DNA from: Phallusia mammillata
Lineage: Eukaryota
NCBI GenBank assembly: GCA_965637545.1
Contig: OZ281496.1
Coordinates: forward strand, 28,210,001-28,274,000
Direction: 5' to 3'
DNA length: 64,000 bases
A program made the translations under genes and the position numbers. Of this stretch, positions 45,023 to 59,611 are shown one piece after another; position 1 is the stretch's first letter; the number at the start of each line of letters is the position of its first letter. Under the pieces are notes generated by a model. The model saw only the letters and a program-made list of their open reading frames with translations. It had not been told where the DNA came from and made no database searches.

Positions 45023-48000
45023 TCACGCTGAGAGTCGCTGAACGAGACGCACGTTGCAGTCTTTGCACAGAATGCGGTTGTCGAGGGGGAAACACCCGTT
45101 TCCGTCTTTCTCCGACGTCAGACGGACGCTGCACAGCTGAAAAAAAAAACTCACCCTGTAAATTAGATGCTCCTGTCTTTAACAATAGAAAAAGGGGAGC
45201 AAAGCGTTTGAAAATAGGCCAAGTGGTACCACGTAATTACTACAGACAAGAGCACTTGCTAATGGTCAAATGAGGTCGTCCTGATTTTCTTGTTGTTTTT
45301 GATGCCACGACTAATTTGACACACTTGTAAAGCAAAGCAGAAATGCTCAATCTATTTTGGGTTTTTAACCAAATCCGTAAATACAAGGCAAAAATTTATG
45401 TGTAACTTATAAACCCAGCATAACACATAGAAATGCCCTAACGACTGTGCAGCTAAAATACGGAGCACTGATTTTACGCAATCTATTGATAAAAAAGAAT
45501 TCTTACCTCGCATTTATAGCAGTGGACATGGAAGCTTCTGTCGAGTGCCACAATTCGAACTGTTTCTTCCTTGCCAGGTTCGGGCATAATCAAATCATCG
45601 CACACTGAACAACGTGGGGCGTATTTCCTTCAAAATACGAAGGTAAATTCTAATGTTACTTGTAATAAGATATTTCGCATATGATATTTTGTGTATTGAT
45701 AACCCGTTATAATAATAAGTCCTCGGTAAAATTCGCTGTCTTTTACAATAAAATCCCCACCTTTATAGATAATGTTATTTATAGCTATATGCGTTTGGCG
45801 TGTAATATTTTGAGAACAGTACATTTAAGGATCTTTAAGAACCATTTGACGGCTATGAAAGTGTATATTCAACATATAAAATCTATTGTTTCAATGCCTA
45901 AAAAGTTTTTTAAACTCTTTTAAATCTACGCACATACTAAAATATCAAATCTCTCGCCTCGGGAATTACTTTGTAAAGCGTGTCGTGTCGTCTACTACTA
46001 ATATAAGGTTACTGTCAGCGTTTAAACGTTAACCAGCGATGGTAAACTTACTTGTGATAATCTTCCACACAATATATGTCTTTGTTGTCATCAACAGTGA
46101 ATGGAATCCCATCCAAGCTTTTGCCACAAGCCATACATGTAAAGCAGGCGGGGTGGTAAGCTTTACCTGTTGCACGGAGAATCTATATGGACAAGATTGA
46201 TTAAGGTAAGTTTAAAATTTGATTTCAAAATTTGACATTTTTTAACATCAAGAAATTGGAAAGAAGACGTTTCTGTTTACGTTTACATTGCCAAATGTTT
46301 TAGTCGTATTTAACTATTTTCCACACATACTATAGTAACTGCAATACAATTACAACAGATATGCATTGGATATTCGAATTCAATCTATTCTCTATCTCTG
46401 TTTTGACCAAAGGCATAAAGGAAAAAAACTGACCGAAATGGCATGTACCATATCAAATGCACATATTTTTAAATATTGACTTTTGGATATAAACGCATAC
46501 ACATATTATCTTAGCAACAGAAACATTGTTTTGTCTCTTTTCTATTGTTTGGATGTGAATAATCGTCCATTGTTGCAAAAACACTAAAATGCATCACAAA
46601 ACGTAAAAACACTAAAATGCATGAATGTATGTGCTGACAATTTTATGTAAGCTCATGCAGTGGTAACATAAACTCACCCTTTCAGTGATAGGGGCTTGAC
46701 ATACAGCACATTTATCCAGTGACTGAACGTAACATGGCTGACACCATGGCTTATTGCCAATCGCAAAGAATTGCTCTCCATGCAAAGGATTACCTGTGAA
46801 AAAACGAATTGTTAGTTTTGTTGCCACCACTGAATGCAACCGGAATCTATAAATATAACTAATTCAACCCGTTATTGCAAATAAAATGTTGCTTTTTGTA
46901 AGTGAACAGTTCGATTTCCAAAAAGGTTTGCAAAACACTCTAATAGCCTATGCCAAAAGTTTGTAATAAAATACGCATTTGAAATCAACAAGGTGATTAA
47001 AAGCAATTAAATTGTGATCAAAATAGGTCTTTAAAACAATTGGTACATTCAATTTAACGATACACTACTTAACGAGAACCAATTTTCTTTGGATGCATTC
47101 GGCTTAAAAAACCTTTAGATTTTGTTAGTTTCAACACTTTCATAAGCAAAGGAAACTTACTGCAGCTGGTGCAGGTGAAACACTCAATGTGGTAAACTTG
47201 GTCCATCGCTGTACACCCGACCTTCTCCCCTTCTACGATCTTATTGCATTTGGCGCAGAATCCATACATGTCTTTGTCCTGTGGTGTAAAAATACTACAT
47301 GTTAGATTTGTATACCGATCCAAAATTGAGGTCATTAGAGGTCAAACTTTGGGAGGACCAACTTCGAATAACTGACAGTCATGTGTGTTAATTTAAAGAA
47401 ATTTGAAGCACTCTTTATTGACCAAATGGGTGGAACAAACCAGCGTTAGACAAAAAAGTGTCCCTTTAGGGATGCGTAATAACTGACCATCAAGTGTGTA
47501 AATTCAAATAAGTTTGAAGCACTTTTTATTGAACAAATGGGTGGAACCAAATAGCGTCTGACACAAAAAGAAGCAAAAAAACGAACTAGAATGGAGACCC
47601 TTTATTTATTACCCACACATGTGTATTTGTATCTTGGCAACCGCATTGATAAACATAAAGGAAGCATTTTACACAAGTCGTACCGATGGGTTATCCAAGT
47701 TGTCGAGCAGGGTCTTGGTAATATAATCGAGTTCATCTTCAGCTTTTTTCTTTGCTTCCTTTGACTCGGAGCCGGGTCCAACCGCTGGACGTTCAGTGGA
47801 AGGCGGCTTTGATGAAGGCTTGTTAATTTGCTGAAAAGAAACCAACCCACACTTTAACTGAAATACTCGTATACGTTTAGTGCAGTGGTTCTCAACCTTT
47901 TTTCTTTCGTGGCCCACTTCCATTGCAAAAAAATTCTGTGGCCCAGTAAATTTTTAAGATAGAAAGAAATCAACTATAAAATAGGTTCAGAACAAAAAAC

Positions 48001-50458
48001 AAAACAAAAATATTCCCTCTCAATTCCTCCCCAAGCCACTATTCTTGTAAAATTGAGTGTAGTGATACAAATGAAAGTAAATTCTTAAAAAAAGCTTTCT
48101 ATTTGGTTGGTCTGTGGCCCAATCAAAATGCTGCCATGGCCCACTGGTTGAGAACCACTGGTTTAGTGTTTAAAGCAGTTCGGAGTTTTAAATAGGCCGG
48201 AACCCGAGGGTATAAGTTCGAACCCGACCTAAGTCAGAAGCCAAAATTAATTGCAACCTTATTAACATGTTTACACAAAACTTACAAATGATACGGAGTT
48301 GACTCCAGTATGGGTTGCCTTGAGTGGGGCAGACCTGGAAGGTTTTGGAAGGACAGGAGGGGGTGCTGGTTTCGACATCACGACTGGTGGGGGTGCAGGT
48401 TGTTCCTGGAGAAAACAAAAAGGTCAGTGTGACGTCATTATAACCTGTGCATGACGTCTGCACGAAGCAACAGATTTTGCAGTTGCTATATAGTAAAGTG
48501 TTTACAAGTTGGAAACATCAAATGACGAACGGAGTAATGTGTAAAGTAACGTTTTTAGATTCTTAGCCATCGATGTTAACTGGGTAAATTAGGGTAAATT
48601 TTGGGTAAATTTATTTTTCAAAGAGTAACTGTTACCACACAGAACTGAAGCGTTCTGAAAGACTGATTTTAGTTTACTAAAAAGATTTAGTTTTGTATGA
48701 TTGCCGGCAATTATAATCGTCTGTACAAGCACATATTATCTACAACTGTTAATGTTTGAGTATTTTTTCTAAAAATTTGCCACAACAAACAACATCGGCT
48801 AGTAACAGCCAATGCAATGCAAATCAATACATAATGACGTTTTGTCATATTGTTGAACTCGTCATATCATGTACATCGGACATGACATTGCCTTAGCGCG
48901 TTGCACCATGAATCAATATCGTCATGCTGCATCAAATGACTTTTACGTGTCACGATCTATCAGGCAAAGTCGTAAAATATTGCTTTATCTGATGTCCGAG
49001 TGTTCGGTGCTTTAAAGTTAAGATACCCTTGGGCATGCGCGCACTTTGATTTTGCTTTGCTGCCAAACTTTGGTCGGAAGGAAATTGAGTTAAAAGCCGC
49101 GATACCGATAATTTAAAACAATGCTACTACTGTAAAGCGCGGTTAAACTGGATTTTCGCCTAATTCGGAAAAACTTGAGGTACAAATGATTTGTAATGTG
49201 TAAGGCTTGAACTAATCGACATCGGTTAATCCGGACACACTTTTTGGTCCAAACGGACCTGGATTTATAACCTAGGTTTATTGTACTTAAACTTGATTGT
49301 GAATCCTTAAAGCGTTTTGTTACTTGTGGAAAATATAAAATCCACCAAATAAATCATTTTGCAAACAACGCCATGCTTGTGAAACTGTTAAACAACGTGA
49401 AGATCAATAAAAGGCTTCTTGTTCGGTGTGTTAGAAAAATGCCAATATCTGCAATCGCTAAAATAACATAAGCTTTGTAGACAACCTTACCTGTATATAT
49501 GTTGGAGTTGGCGGTTTTGGAAAGTCTTCGCTGTGCTTTACGACAGGAGACTTAGCTGAACCGTTTACCACAGGTTTTGGCGGAGGTGGCTGCAAAAATA
49601 AATGCATATTAATGAGAAAATATACGGCTGGTGTGTGAAATAGAATGATTGGCCTAATTCGAGGTTTGAAAAAATCGGGTTTCTGGCGGGTTTCTGGCTT
49701 ATCTTTTCTGGTTTTAGACCAAATTTCGAACCCACTTACAACCTTGGATCCAAGTAAAGTTACGTCTCTTTTATACGCGCTTTACAGAACCTCAACTTAA
49801 TAAAGACAGTTAGGCATGTTTTTGCATATTTCATTTTTACGACCTACTTCTAAGAACCTAGTAACGATCATGTATTTGGAAAAGAGATATTTTATGCCTG
49901 CTTCCGCGAAACCGAGATTTGCTGCAAAAAGTTACTTCAACCTTTCACGGACGTCCATAAAAACGTAAGGGCAAAAAACGCATTAAACAGACAAGCTGCC
50001 ACGTTGGGTCAAACGACATGACTAAACCGGGTTGTAAAGCAAAAGTTACAAAACAGTAGGGCGACCTTAGTACGATTTCAAACGAGTATGATATGCATAA
50101 ACATTAATACTTCATAACGGTTACTGATATTAATAACAGTGTTGGATATAAGCACCCAACGTATAGCCTAGTTTTTTACAAGTATGATCCATAACGCATC
50201 ATCATGTATACGGTCTATACACAATAACTTCTTCGTCTTTAACGCAATATTCATTGAGTTTACTTTCAACACATAACAGCAGCTTACCTGTGCAACTAGA
50301 AAGTCGTCCAGATCTGGTGGTGGCGGGAGATTGTACTCCTGGTATTGGTCGTTGGTCTTTTTACTGTCGCCGTTGCTAAGGCCAACGATTAGCTGATTGG
50401 TCAGTTTATCTACTTCGCTTTCAGCCTTGGGCATTGAACTAGTGACCTGAATTGACAT
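45023..50458 (-). CDS. LPP: Zyxin/LPP/TRIP6-family protein: proline-rich N-terminus plus three C-terminal LIM domains, at least 378 aa
   Basis: Exons (minus): 50288-50458, 49491-49589, 48286-48405, 47684-47830, 47161-47278, 46678-46793, 46052-46182, 45507-45627, 45023-45136; phases are consistent. LIM3 reads [37 protein letters not shown]. Also seen: [12 protein letters not shown], acidic LPPPP/FPKPP motifs and an NES-like [15 protein letters not shown]. The start codon, or further upstream exons, is uncertain. The symbol denotes a family co-ortholog. Confidence 0.92.
47400..47580. repeat. Short diverged tandem duplication (~110-bp period) in an intron
   Basis: TTTGAAGCACTYTTTATTGAMCAAATGGGTGGAAC occurs twice (~47403 and ~47513). 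Confidence 0.75.
47883..48160. mobile_element. hAT (Charlie-like) MITE, 278 bp
   Basis: TIRs CAGTGGTTCTCAACC / GGTTGAGAACCACTG. Perfect 8-bp TSD GTTTAGTG. Confidence 0.92.
49128..49285. mobile_element. Possible degenerate Tc1/mariner-type MITE
   Basis: Imperfect termini TACTGTAAAGCGCGGTTAAA / TATAACCTAGGTTTATTGTA with TA flanks. Confidence 0.35.
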
Positions 50459-52186
50459 GGTAACAGATAAAAACCGGCTGCTAACAAATGGTGTACATGT
50501 TACACGTAACAAAGCTAGTAATAGAGTACAGGTATGGTCTTTATGACAGGAAGTAGTCGTTTAGTCATCGGGTAGAATGACAAACTGACTAGGGTGTTTG
50601 TCAAATGGGAAACTGCGATGATAAAACCGGCACAACCACTGCTGTTATGTAACAACACGATGGTCCACATCAAGTTGTAATGTACAGGTGGAAATGTACT
50701 TGTATTTGGCGCAAATTGGTAAAACGTTATTGTACATTGTCAAGCTGTTTAGTTGTAGAGTCTAATGGTAAAATTTTCTAAAACACTGGGTTAAACTGAA
50801 ATCAACCAAAATAATGATTCCTATTAAGTACCCCTTTCCCTATCTTTTCTACCCTCTTCTCCAAAATAGAGATTTTATATTTCTCCTGTATTCTATTATA
50901 TTAACCAGTTCTAACTGAAAACGAATTGAGACACGAAAGGTTATGCAGAACTAGACTCAAATGCGTCTGAAATTATAACACTTCCATACCCCATAAAAGT
51001 GAAATCTTCACTGCAAGCCCTGGTCATTATTCAATGCTAAACCTAAACCGACCAGTAACACCCTTGATTTGCGCACTGCTGACCTTAAATGGAAACCTAA
51101 CAAGGGTTTTGGGATCTTTAGCAAATTCTATACAAAACCATTGAACCAAAAAACACTGTGCCCAACCTGCTACAATTTCTTAGCCATTAGTTGCTTGTAA
51201 ACAAACTGCTTCGCTGGGCCTTAGTAGAATTCTTGATAGGAAGCCTATCTGATAGATGTTTTGTGCCACATTATCACTTCATGCGTTGAATTTAGTTCGT
51301 CGCCGTGCAATTAAACAAAATACACAAATGATACCGTCTGTTGTTTACACTCAAGATAATTAATGCATGACGAAAATGACGTCACAATGAATATTTGTAT
51401 TGTTTGCTTTTCTACAATAACAATTGCTAACTAGGAATGTGACTTTTCTATATATTGGCAGTTTTTATGTTACATAAACTCTAAAAACTAGGAGCAACAC
51501 CCTCAGTAGTTTTAGGCGCGAGCCGCTCCTGCTATATATCTATTCCTTATTGATCTAATATTCTTAAGCGTACGTGAACGGCTTTAAATGCAATCATATC
51601 CGCGTTTCGGCACGTATAAAGCATGAGTAATACCCATGGGTCTTAATAAGACTGTTTGTTAAGGTATATAAGGAATACCAATGGCTAAATATACAACATG
51701 TTTTATGTGGTATGTTTAGGCTTAAATGCCTGTGCTGTTTACATTAGACATACCCAGTGTATTACAAGCTCAGTCTAAAACCTACCTACAGTACAAATCT
51801 AAACCTAATAAATTTACGAACTTATACTTTTGACTGGTAAGTTTTAACTACCTTAATACATAAATAGCGGTTGATTTGTCAAACCGCTGTAAACTTACTA
51901 TTTGACGTATTGTCGCAACACAATACCTATTGTTTTAAACGTAAACAACCTCTATTCAGAAATTCGCCTTTCCTGTGTTATACTCTATCACTATTCACTA
52001 CATGAAAACTTGAAACAATGATGGTAGCACATGCGTTAACGAAACATTACACAGCTGTTTCGACACAGCCGCTGTTAGCAGAAGCAAGCAAACTAGCTAG
52101 CTAGAGCTGTTCTCACTTCGCCTCTCGCGCCATTAGCTGAAATCGACACTCAAAAAAGTCAGAAGCAGCGTGCCAGCGTCGACGCC

Positions 52187-52196
52187 CCTTATAAGG
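52187..52196. promoter_or_regulatory. CArG box (SRF site) in the putative promoter of the LIM gene
   Basis: CCTTATAAGG matches CC(A/T)6GG. It lies in a GC-richer patch ~1.7 kb upstream of the ATG exon, with CREs at 51377, 52577 and 52955. Confidence 0.55.
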
Positions 52197-55100
52197 AGCG
52201 AAGCGAAGCCCATACTTGGCTATTATCGATTCGAAGCGCGCACGGTCGAAAAAAAAAGTGCGCATTTTTGCGGCAAGCTGCTACGAAGGCTAATGACGTA
52301 TGCGTTGCTTGCCGTTCGGTCCGTATAATTTTGGCAGCCGACTTACCGCCCCTATGCCATATTAAGTCAAACCCAAACCGCAGGTTTTTCAAGGAAAAAA
52401 CGTTCTAGAAAAGCGTTTCACCCTTGGCACCTACAAAGCACGTTGGTATGTAATACGTCAGAATTATGCGTTCCGTCAGAATAATGGTAAGAAACGTCAC
52501 AATACTTTTAGCTTAGTGCTTTAATTTACCCGGTTTTCAAAAAACTAAAATTTCCAACTGTGACATCACAAAAGGATGACGTCACGAAACTAAATAATGA
52601 TAATAACAAAGTTATTACCCCCCGAAAATTGTTAAAATTACCCCTTCGGGAGTAATTACCAATTGGTCACTATTCTTACTGCTCAATAGTATCTATACTA
52701 TCTAGATATAAATGTATTAATATAGTAAACATAAGCATGACTTACTGAACATAAAGTTAGCGCTAGCTCAATTAAAAACTACATGACTGAACAATTTAAT
52801 TGCAAACGCGACTTAAAAGGCACCAGAAGGTTAATGTCGACACCCTTAGTGCCTTTCCACGTTTTTTTCATTAAGTCATAAATGTCAAGCTATGCAACGA
52901 CAATTTGGTGACGTAATCGAAACCTACGTCACAAAATAAATTACAGCGTAATTTTGACGTCAGCAAGTTCACATTACATCAACCTCCAATTGAGACTGAA
53001 CAACCATCAGTTAGAAAGGCAGGTCTATTCAAAGGCAGCAATAATATAAATTAAAGTTTTATTGACAGGGCCTTGACATGTCGATTTCCAACAGGCTTCA
53101 ACGTTTTATGATCAACTGTATTGCCACTAAAAGTGCTCTGGTGGTTTGAAAAATGAAAAGTAGATTGTTCACGGTAAGATTGTGATTTTGCCGACACAAT
53201 GGAAAAGCTCGTCTAATGTTACGCTATGTTGCCATAACCAGAATGTTATTTGGGTCTACTTAAGCGCAGTCCCAAGTGGACTAAAATTTGTTGTTTTCAG
53301 CCACTTAGAGTCGCAAAAGAGCATACATCGCTATGACATGGGTGCAAAAACACGTGGGATCTCAAAAGAATAAACAAAAAAGTTCCTCTTAGAATTTAAA
53401 CACAAGACAAACCGTTTTGTAGAATTTACATTCTTCAACAAAAAACGTTAGTGTTTCGGCCCAGCTTAATAAACTAAGCGTGTATAGAATAGATACACGT
53501 TAAAGAGTATTCGATGTAAGATAGAAAAGTAAATATAGGTGTGGTTTGAGGCAATATATTAACCTAACAAATAAAGTTCAAAATACCTAAAGCATCATAT
53601 CCAGTTACGTTGAAATCAGCTCTAAACACAGACCAGACGATCAGAACATACTTTCTGTTGTGCTTATTAGTTATTTTCATGCAAGTTGTGTCAAAGTTTT
53701 TGCAAGCATAAACGTACGGGCGTCAATTCTACTTTACTAAATGTAACTTTGGAAATATCACTGGCGATTAAATGCTTGGGAATAGTGATGACAAGAATTT
53801 ACATTTCACAATGAAATAAAAAAGGACAAAACTGTTCTCTCATTAAATAGCCTGCGTAAATACAAATTTTATGACTTTATTGCTTATGTGATTGACAATT
53901 AAATTGCAAATTGATTTCTTATTTTTATATCATCAAGTCACGTTGTAAAGTCAAATTTTGACCGAATGCGTTAAAAAACAAACCTGTGTTTGAGTTACAA
54001 CTTACGAACCCAAAAACCTACCTGGCTTGAAGCAGTGGCTGTTGCAGTTTTAACCGGTTTAGGAGCAGTCGCCGGCAAAACAGTAGCTGAAAGAGAGATA
54101 AGTCAAAGGTTAAAAATTATTTTGCCCACCTTGAACTTGAGCATAGTGGCTCCTCAGACCCAGTGTGACGTGTTATCCGGCCGTTGTATGCAAATTAGCT
54201 GTGGTCCAGTCACGTGATAAATAATTTCACTAATGCTAAGGTGTACGTTTTGGTTGTCACCTAAGGCATGAAACATTAATTAGCTGTGGTAGGTAACTTA
54301 TGCAATTTTTTGCTATTATAACTTGTGTATGAGTTAAAGGCTGCCTTTAAAATGACTCGTTCTTTTCTACATAACTCAATCCTTGCATGTACGCTACACT
54401 GTATTGGCTTTCACTTAAACTAAGGTTTCTTGCATCATAGTACAAATAAATACGGATAAAATTCTGTACAACTATTTTCTTTTATATGTACCACCGGTCA
54501 CTAATTAAACACATTACGCAGTCTCATTACGAACCATGCAACAAATTATATGACAACCATGACCATCTCATCAATAGAAACTGCAAGGCTTCTAAAAATC
54601 CAGACAACGGGAAAGGTACCACGACTGTTATTGAATTTTCATCCAGCATAAACAATTAAATTGTCTCAGTCCTTTAAAACAAGCACAACGATGAACGCAA
54701 TGCGTTTAATCAGCGCTCTGAGCTTGGCCAAAACTCTTTCCGGAAGAGGCGGGTAGACAAGTGAAAACGTGCGGCGCCTGCGTGGTAAATCATTTGCTTG
54801 TTGCAATAAATAGTCGTTTTGAATACAGGACTAAAGTATAAGGACTTCTGACGAAAGTTAAATGACAATAAAACTGAATGGAACGGTTTTTTGTCGATGG
54901 CCATGTCAACTGATATGTGCTGACGGCGGTATATAATTGATGTTCGATTTAAAAAGTTTAAATAAGATAAGCAACTGCAGCACAATCACGTTAACACATG
55001 TTCATATTGTTAAACAAAACTGATGTGGTACACTTTTATAACTAACAAAGAAAAGCTCTATCACATAGGTGTTGTCATAAGCCTATAGCTACTGGTACTG

Positions 55101-58100
55101 GTGAAGATCTTTTCTGCAATAAATAGGTCGCTGTGTCTTAATTAGTTTTTGCTACATAATAAAACGCAAAGGATTATACGCATTCAACAAAGTTCGGTTT
55201 AAACTTTTAAGTGACCGTAAGTGCCCAATGCTTTGATGTTCACACAAATTACATACCAAAATCAACCTGCAAATGAGAATAGGACATTACCATAGCCACC
55301 AAAGTTTATCAACTGTATACATACTGTTGTTGCCGATATTCATTTCTGGCATTATTATCTTCATGCTAAAGCGAAATCAATGTCCTCAAATGCGAATAAG
55401 CAAAAAAGGTGCACATTAAATACTAGCTCTTATTATATCGTGATCACGTGCGTTCTAAAAAAACGACCTATTTAAAACAACTCAATTGACAGCAGTACAA
55501 TTTACTAAAAATTGGAAACCTGTAAACCATTACCGATTGGAAATTATCATCTGCCTACGCAAAAACCTACATAGTTTAGAACGTCGCGTGCTTTTTGTGA
55601 CGTAATATATGACGTTTTAGTCATACGTCAAAATTTAGACGCGTTCTGAGAACCACAGACCTAGGCGACCCGGAAAAGGAAGGTATTTTAGGTGGGAAAC
55701 GCATTTACTAATGATTATTTTTAGATATAAGTGCCCTATTTGGTTCTTTTCTGCTGCAACTGACAAAAACGCGTTAGTAGTGATTTGTGGCTTTGCAATT
55801 ATTGACATTTTTTGCTTTACTACCGATTAAGGTTTGATATACCGATACTGACAAACAATTTCGTTTAATATTGTAATGCCTCATGTACATTTGGTCATTT
55901 TCTGTGCAAATGCTCATTGCTAGCAATCCAACATTATTCCGAACAATTTTATACTTTTTCTGACACTAGATGAACTAAATGACCCTCAGAAGGCCAACTA
56001 TCTTTTAAATACTGATATCAAGCGATGTAAAATACGTCCACTTTCGTTTTTGATCATACTTCTGATCCTATCCCAAGCAACTTTGCAAAGAAACCTCTTA
56101 GAATTCCACAAAGGAAAACACTTAACAGAAAAGTCGCGAGACACCTGAAAAACTCTTCCTTGTTCAAACAAGCGGTTTTCCACGATAACCGCATTGTCAT
56201 TTAAAACATAGTTAGCGACGCCCACTCAAAAAAGGAATGGTTAAAATTTAACCTATCCAACACCAGCCAAACTGGGCAACAGCCGAACCAGTGACTGGCC
56301 TGTAAACTGTGCCAGTGACCCGAAAAAGTCGGGAAAGCCATCTACGGCTTAGCGCTGTTTAAAATGCTCGAAATGTCACCGCACCTGCGACCTCAAGTCA
56401 TTTCTCACATCAACTGGACGAATGTTCTATCGTGGCGCAATATGTAGTGAAGCAAGACCGCGGTGTGCTTTGAAACAGAATATTCGGCGTGTCAAAACAA
56501 CGATAAGTTTACCGGGTGGTTAAAATCCCTACGGTCTATACGCCGGTTGCGTTAACAAAGCAACTGCTTCTATTGGTTGTCAATGCCTGGGACATTGATA
56601 TTGTTTTGCCAAAGTGACAATTCACTTTGCAAACATATTTTGGGTCAAGGTAATAATTCGTTTCTTGGCCTTATCACTAAGATCAACCGTACAATAGTTG
56701 TGGTTAAGAGCTCAGTACCGTATCTAGTACATATAAACATAAAATAGGCGATTTAAAATTTACATATCTACCATCTTTTGGGACAAGTTGGCCTTATATT
56801 AATTTGAATGATATTTTGTTTGGCGTTTTCGTTAACTGGATTCTATTTGTTTAAAGCCGAAGGAGGAAGGCATAAACATAATAAGCAAATTCTAACTTTT
56901 TGGCAAAAGCAAAACAAATGCAATAATTTAACCATTAAATTGAGTTAGATTTAATTCGTTTGGCAAAAGAAAAATTTGCACGAGAACTGTTTCTTCTTTT
57001 TCCCGCTCGTATTTGAACAGCAACAATGCGTGCACAGTTTAAAAGTCAACCCAGCAAAACCGTAAAAAGATTAAGGTGCCACAGTAAACAGATGCGGTTA
57101 TTTCACGGCGCATCAACTTTCAAAAACAAGAAACCCGTTCTCTCAAGCTATTACGAACTGCCTTGTCTGTTACAGGCGCCTGAAAGGATGATAGGCGGAA
57201 TTAGGCGGTCCTCTGTTCGCTCACCAAATATGCTCAAGCAATCTTAGGACGCGCATTACAGTAATCCTGTACTTGCGAAAAGCTTTGTAAATTAGTTCAA
57301 AAACAACTGCTCCTGTTTCGCTGTAGCGGTAATTTAGGGAAACACTTGCATGGCCTTAAAAACAAAGGCATTTTTTAGACCGTACATATTATATAAGAAT
57401 TCTGCTTTTTTCCAGTTATGTATACGCTGCTTGACATTACCAAACACACTTACAAGATATATAGGTGATATTACTAAAATATGACATCTCATTGAACAAG
57501 CCTATTCCACAAAACGAAACATAACCGACATTTCTACAATAATTTTCTAATTTTCAAACGTTGAAAAGTAACGTTGTACCATGTTAGAACTGTAAAACTA
57601 AGCATTTTTTGTTACTCGCAAGCGTTACATAAACCAGTTATGATGCAAAACCATTCCAACAAAATAGTTGCAAAAAAAATAATTAAAAAAGACAAGCAGA
57701 ACTTAACTATCGATAGATTAACTTAAAGTTGCCGTAGCCTTAACACAATGTCTGCATCGACAGTCGGGTTACAGACCTTGCAACTTTGTGGTCTAAGAAG
57801 CTATCACGTCCCGGCCGTTGCCCTGTAACTTTATCTGTGTTTAGAAGATTATCGTCTGTTTGCGCATAACGCTCAAAACCGCCATTATTGTTGACTGTCA
57901 AGCTGTTGCCCCGCGCGGAAGACAAATCCGTCATCAAACTGTGCATCGACTAATTTGGGATTTTGCTAACTTGCTGCACACTAAATTTAATGACTTTCGA
58001 TGACGTGATCGGGAAGTTAATGATGGTTTTCCTTTGTGAAACCAAAAACATTATTTAGACGTTAATACTGTCGATGATCATATTTCCTTAAACGGGATAT

Positions 58101-59228
58101 ATTTTTTTGAAACGGACAAACGCAGCGTACAAATGTTTCTACCCTAGGAATGTATTTAAACGGCACTCTGATTGTTTTACCATCATGAAGTCAACTAAAT
58201 TGGCCGTCAAAAATTTAGTACAGAACTGACTTTGCCAGAACACCTTACACGAGTAAACGCAAAAATGTTGTTCTATAAAAGGTGTTGGAGTTGAAGATAT
58301 TACGACGTAACATATGTTCTACCGTCACTCAGTTTCATTTGCATCCGTGCTTCCGACGCTTAAACTATCCAATATCCGACAAGGTTTCTCTTTCTGTCTC
58401 CCTACCCTCTTTCCTTAACCAACTTGACTGGTTCCACTAGCGTTACGATTTCCTTATGCGCTAACCGCATCCTGAAATGCAAAGCCCAGCCACGAAACGC
58501 CTTTTAGTGAAGGTTTAACTGCAGCGCGTTTATCACCTATCCACTGATTTTGTCTTTTACTATTTCTCTCTTAATACCGTCCAAACGTTGCGCAGCAATT
58601 TCCAGCTTGGTGATTATTATAGTGCGATTGTAGTTCTACAATTCCTTCTAGCGAAATAAACTCAACTCAAACACTATACGGTTACAGAAAGCAAGCACGC
58701 TGCAAAGAATGTACCACATCGAACTATAGCCTCCTAAATGCTGACACGCATCTTAAACGCTATAAATTCTACAATGACTGCAGTTAACGACTCGCAAAGG
58801 CGCGACAACTGCAGTCAGCTGTCCAAAGTAATTAGCGAATTGCGCTGAGCATAGGTCAACTCAAGACGAAACATCGGTCAGCATAAACAACTGTAAATCA
58901 CCATTGCGTGAATAGGAAATGAATTTGACGAACAGGGCTGATCTGAAGACATAACTTAATTACTCCATGCCGATTGAGAGGTTCCTTTAAAACGTGAGAG
59001 GGCACAGCAGAAGAAAATTGTTGGTTTACGTATATACGTTGGCATGAGTGTGCATTATTGACATGGACACACCGCCTTTATTTGATTTAATAAAGTGTTG
59101 AATGCAAATGATACTCGCTTTATTACCCGTTACGGTTAGGGTAAAGTGAAAAAGAATTCTCCTTAGCATATGCATGTGGCATTCTAATAACAAATTTCAT
59201 AGTCCATGACCGCACAAAGCGGTATATC

Positions 59229-59611
59229 CAGGGTTGCCATACCGTCCTTATTTCTAAGATTTGTCCTTATTTTGAAGGACAATGTCTTAGAAAAATGTAT
59301 TGTCCTTATTTCTAAGAAATGTCCTTCTTTTTGACTTACGTCCTTATTTTGTCTTATTTTTTAACAAACACAAGTCAAATCCCTGCTACAAGTAAAAGTA
59401 CACCTAGACCTATGCTGTCGTGAGATGCACGAAGTATTTTTAACAAACAAGGAGTTGCTGGAACAGATTGTTTCTCGCCAAAAATTCGCATGTGATATGT
59501 CATGGTTCGTATCAATGCAAAGATGTGTCCAAAAATCTTTGTTTCGTTTGGTAAGAAAATTTAATTTTTTAGGCTGTCCTTATTTAATGGTGCACGTCGA
59601 TAGCAACCCTG
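59229..59611. mobile_element. hAT-type MITE, 383 bp, with internal GTCCTTAT subrepeats
   Basis: TIRs CAGGGTTGCC / AGCAACCCTG. Perfect 8-bp TSD GGTATATC. Confidence 0.9.

Noticed and set aside
57740-57946. 68-aa minus-strand ORF as a possible upstream exon of the LIM gene
   Set aside because: No recognisable homology and no convincing donor site; cannot be supported without transcripts.
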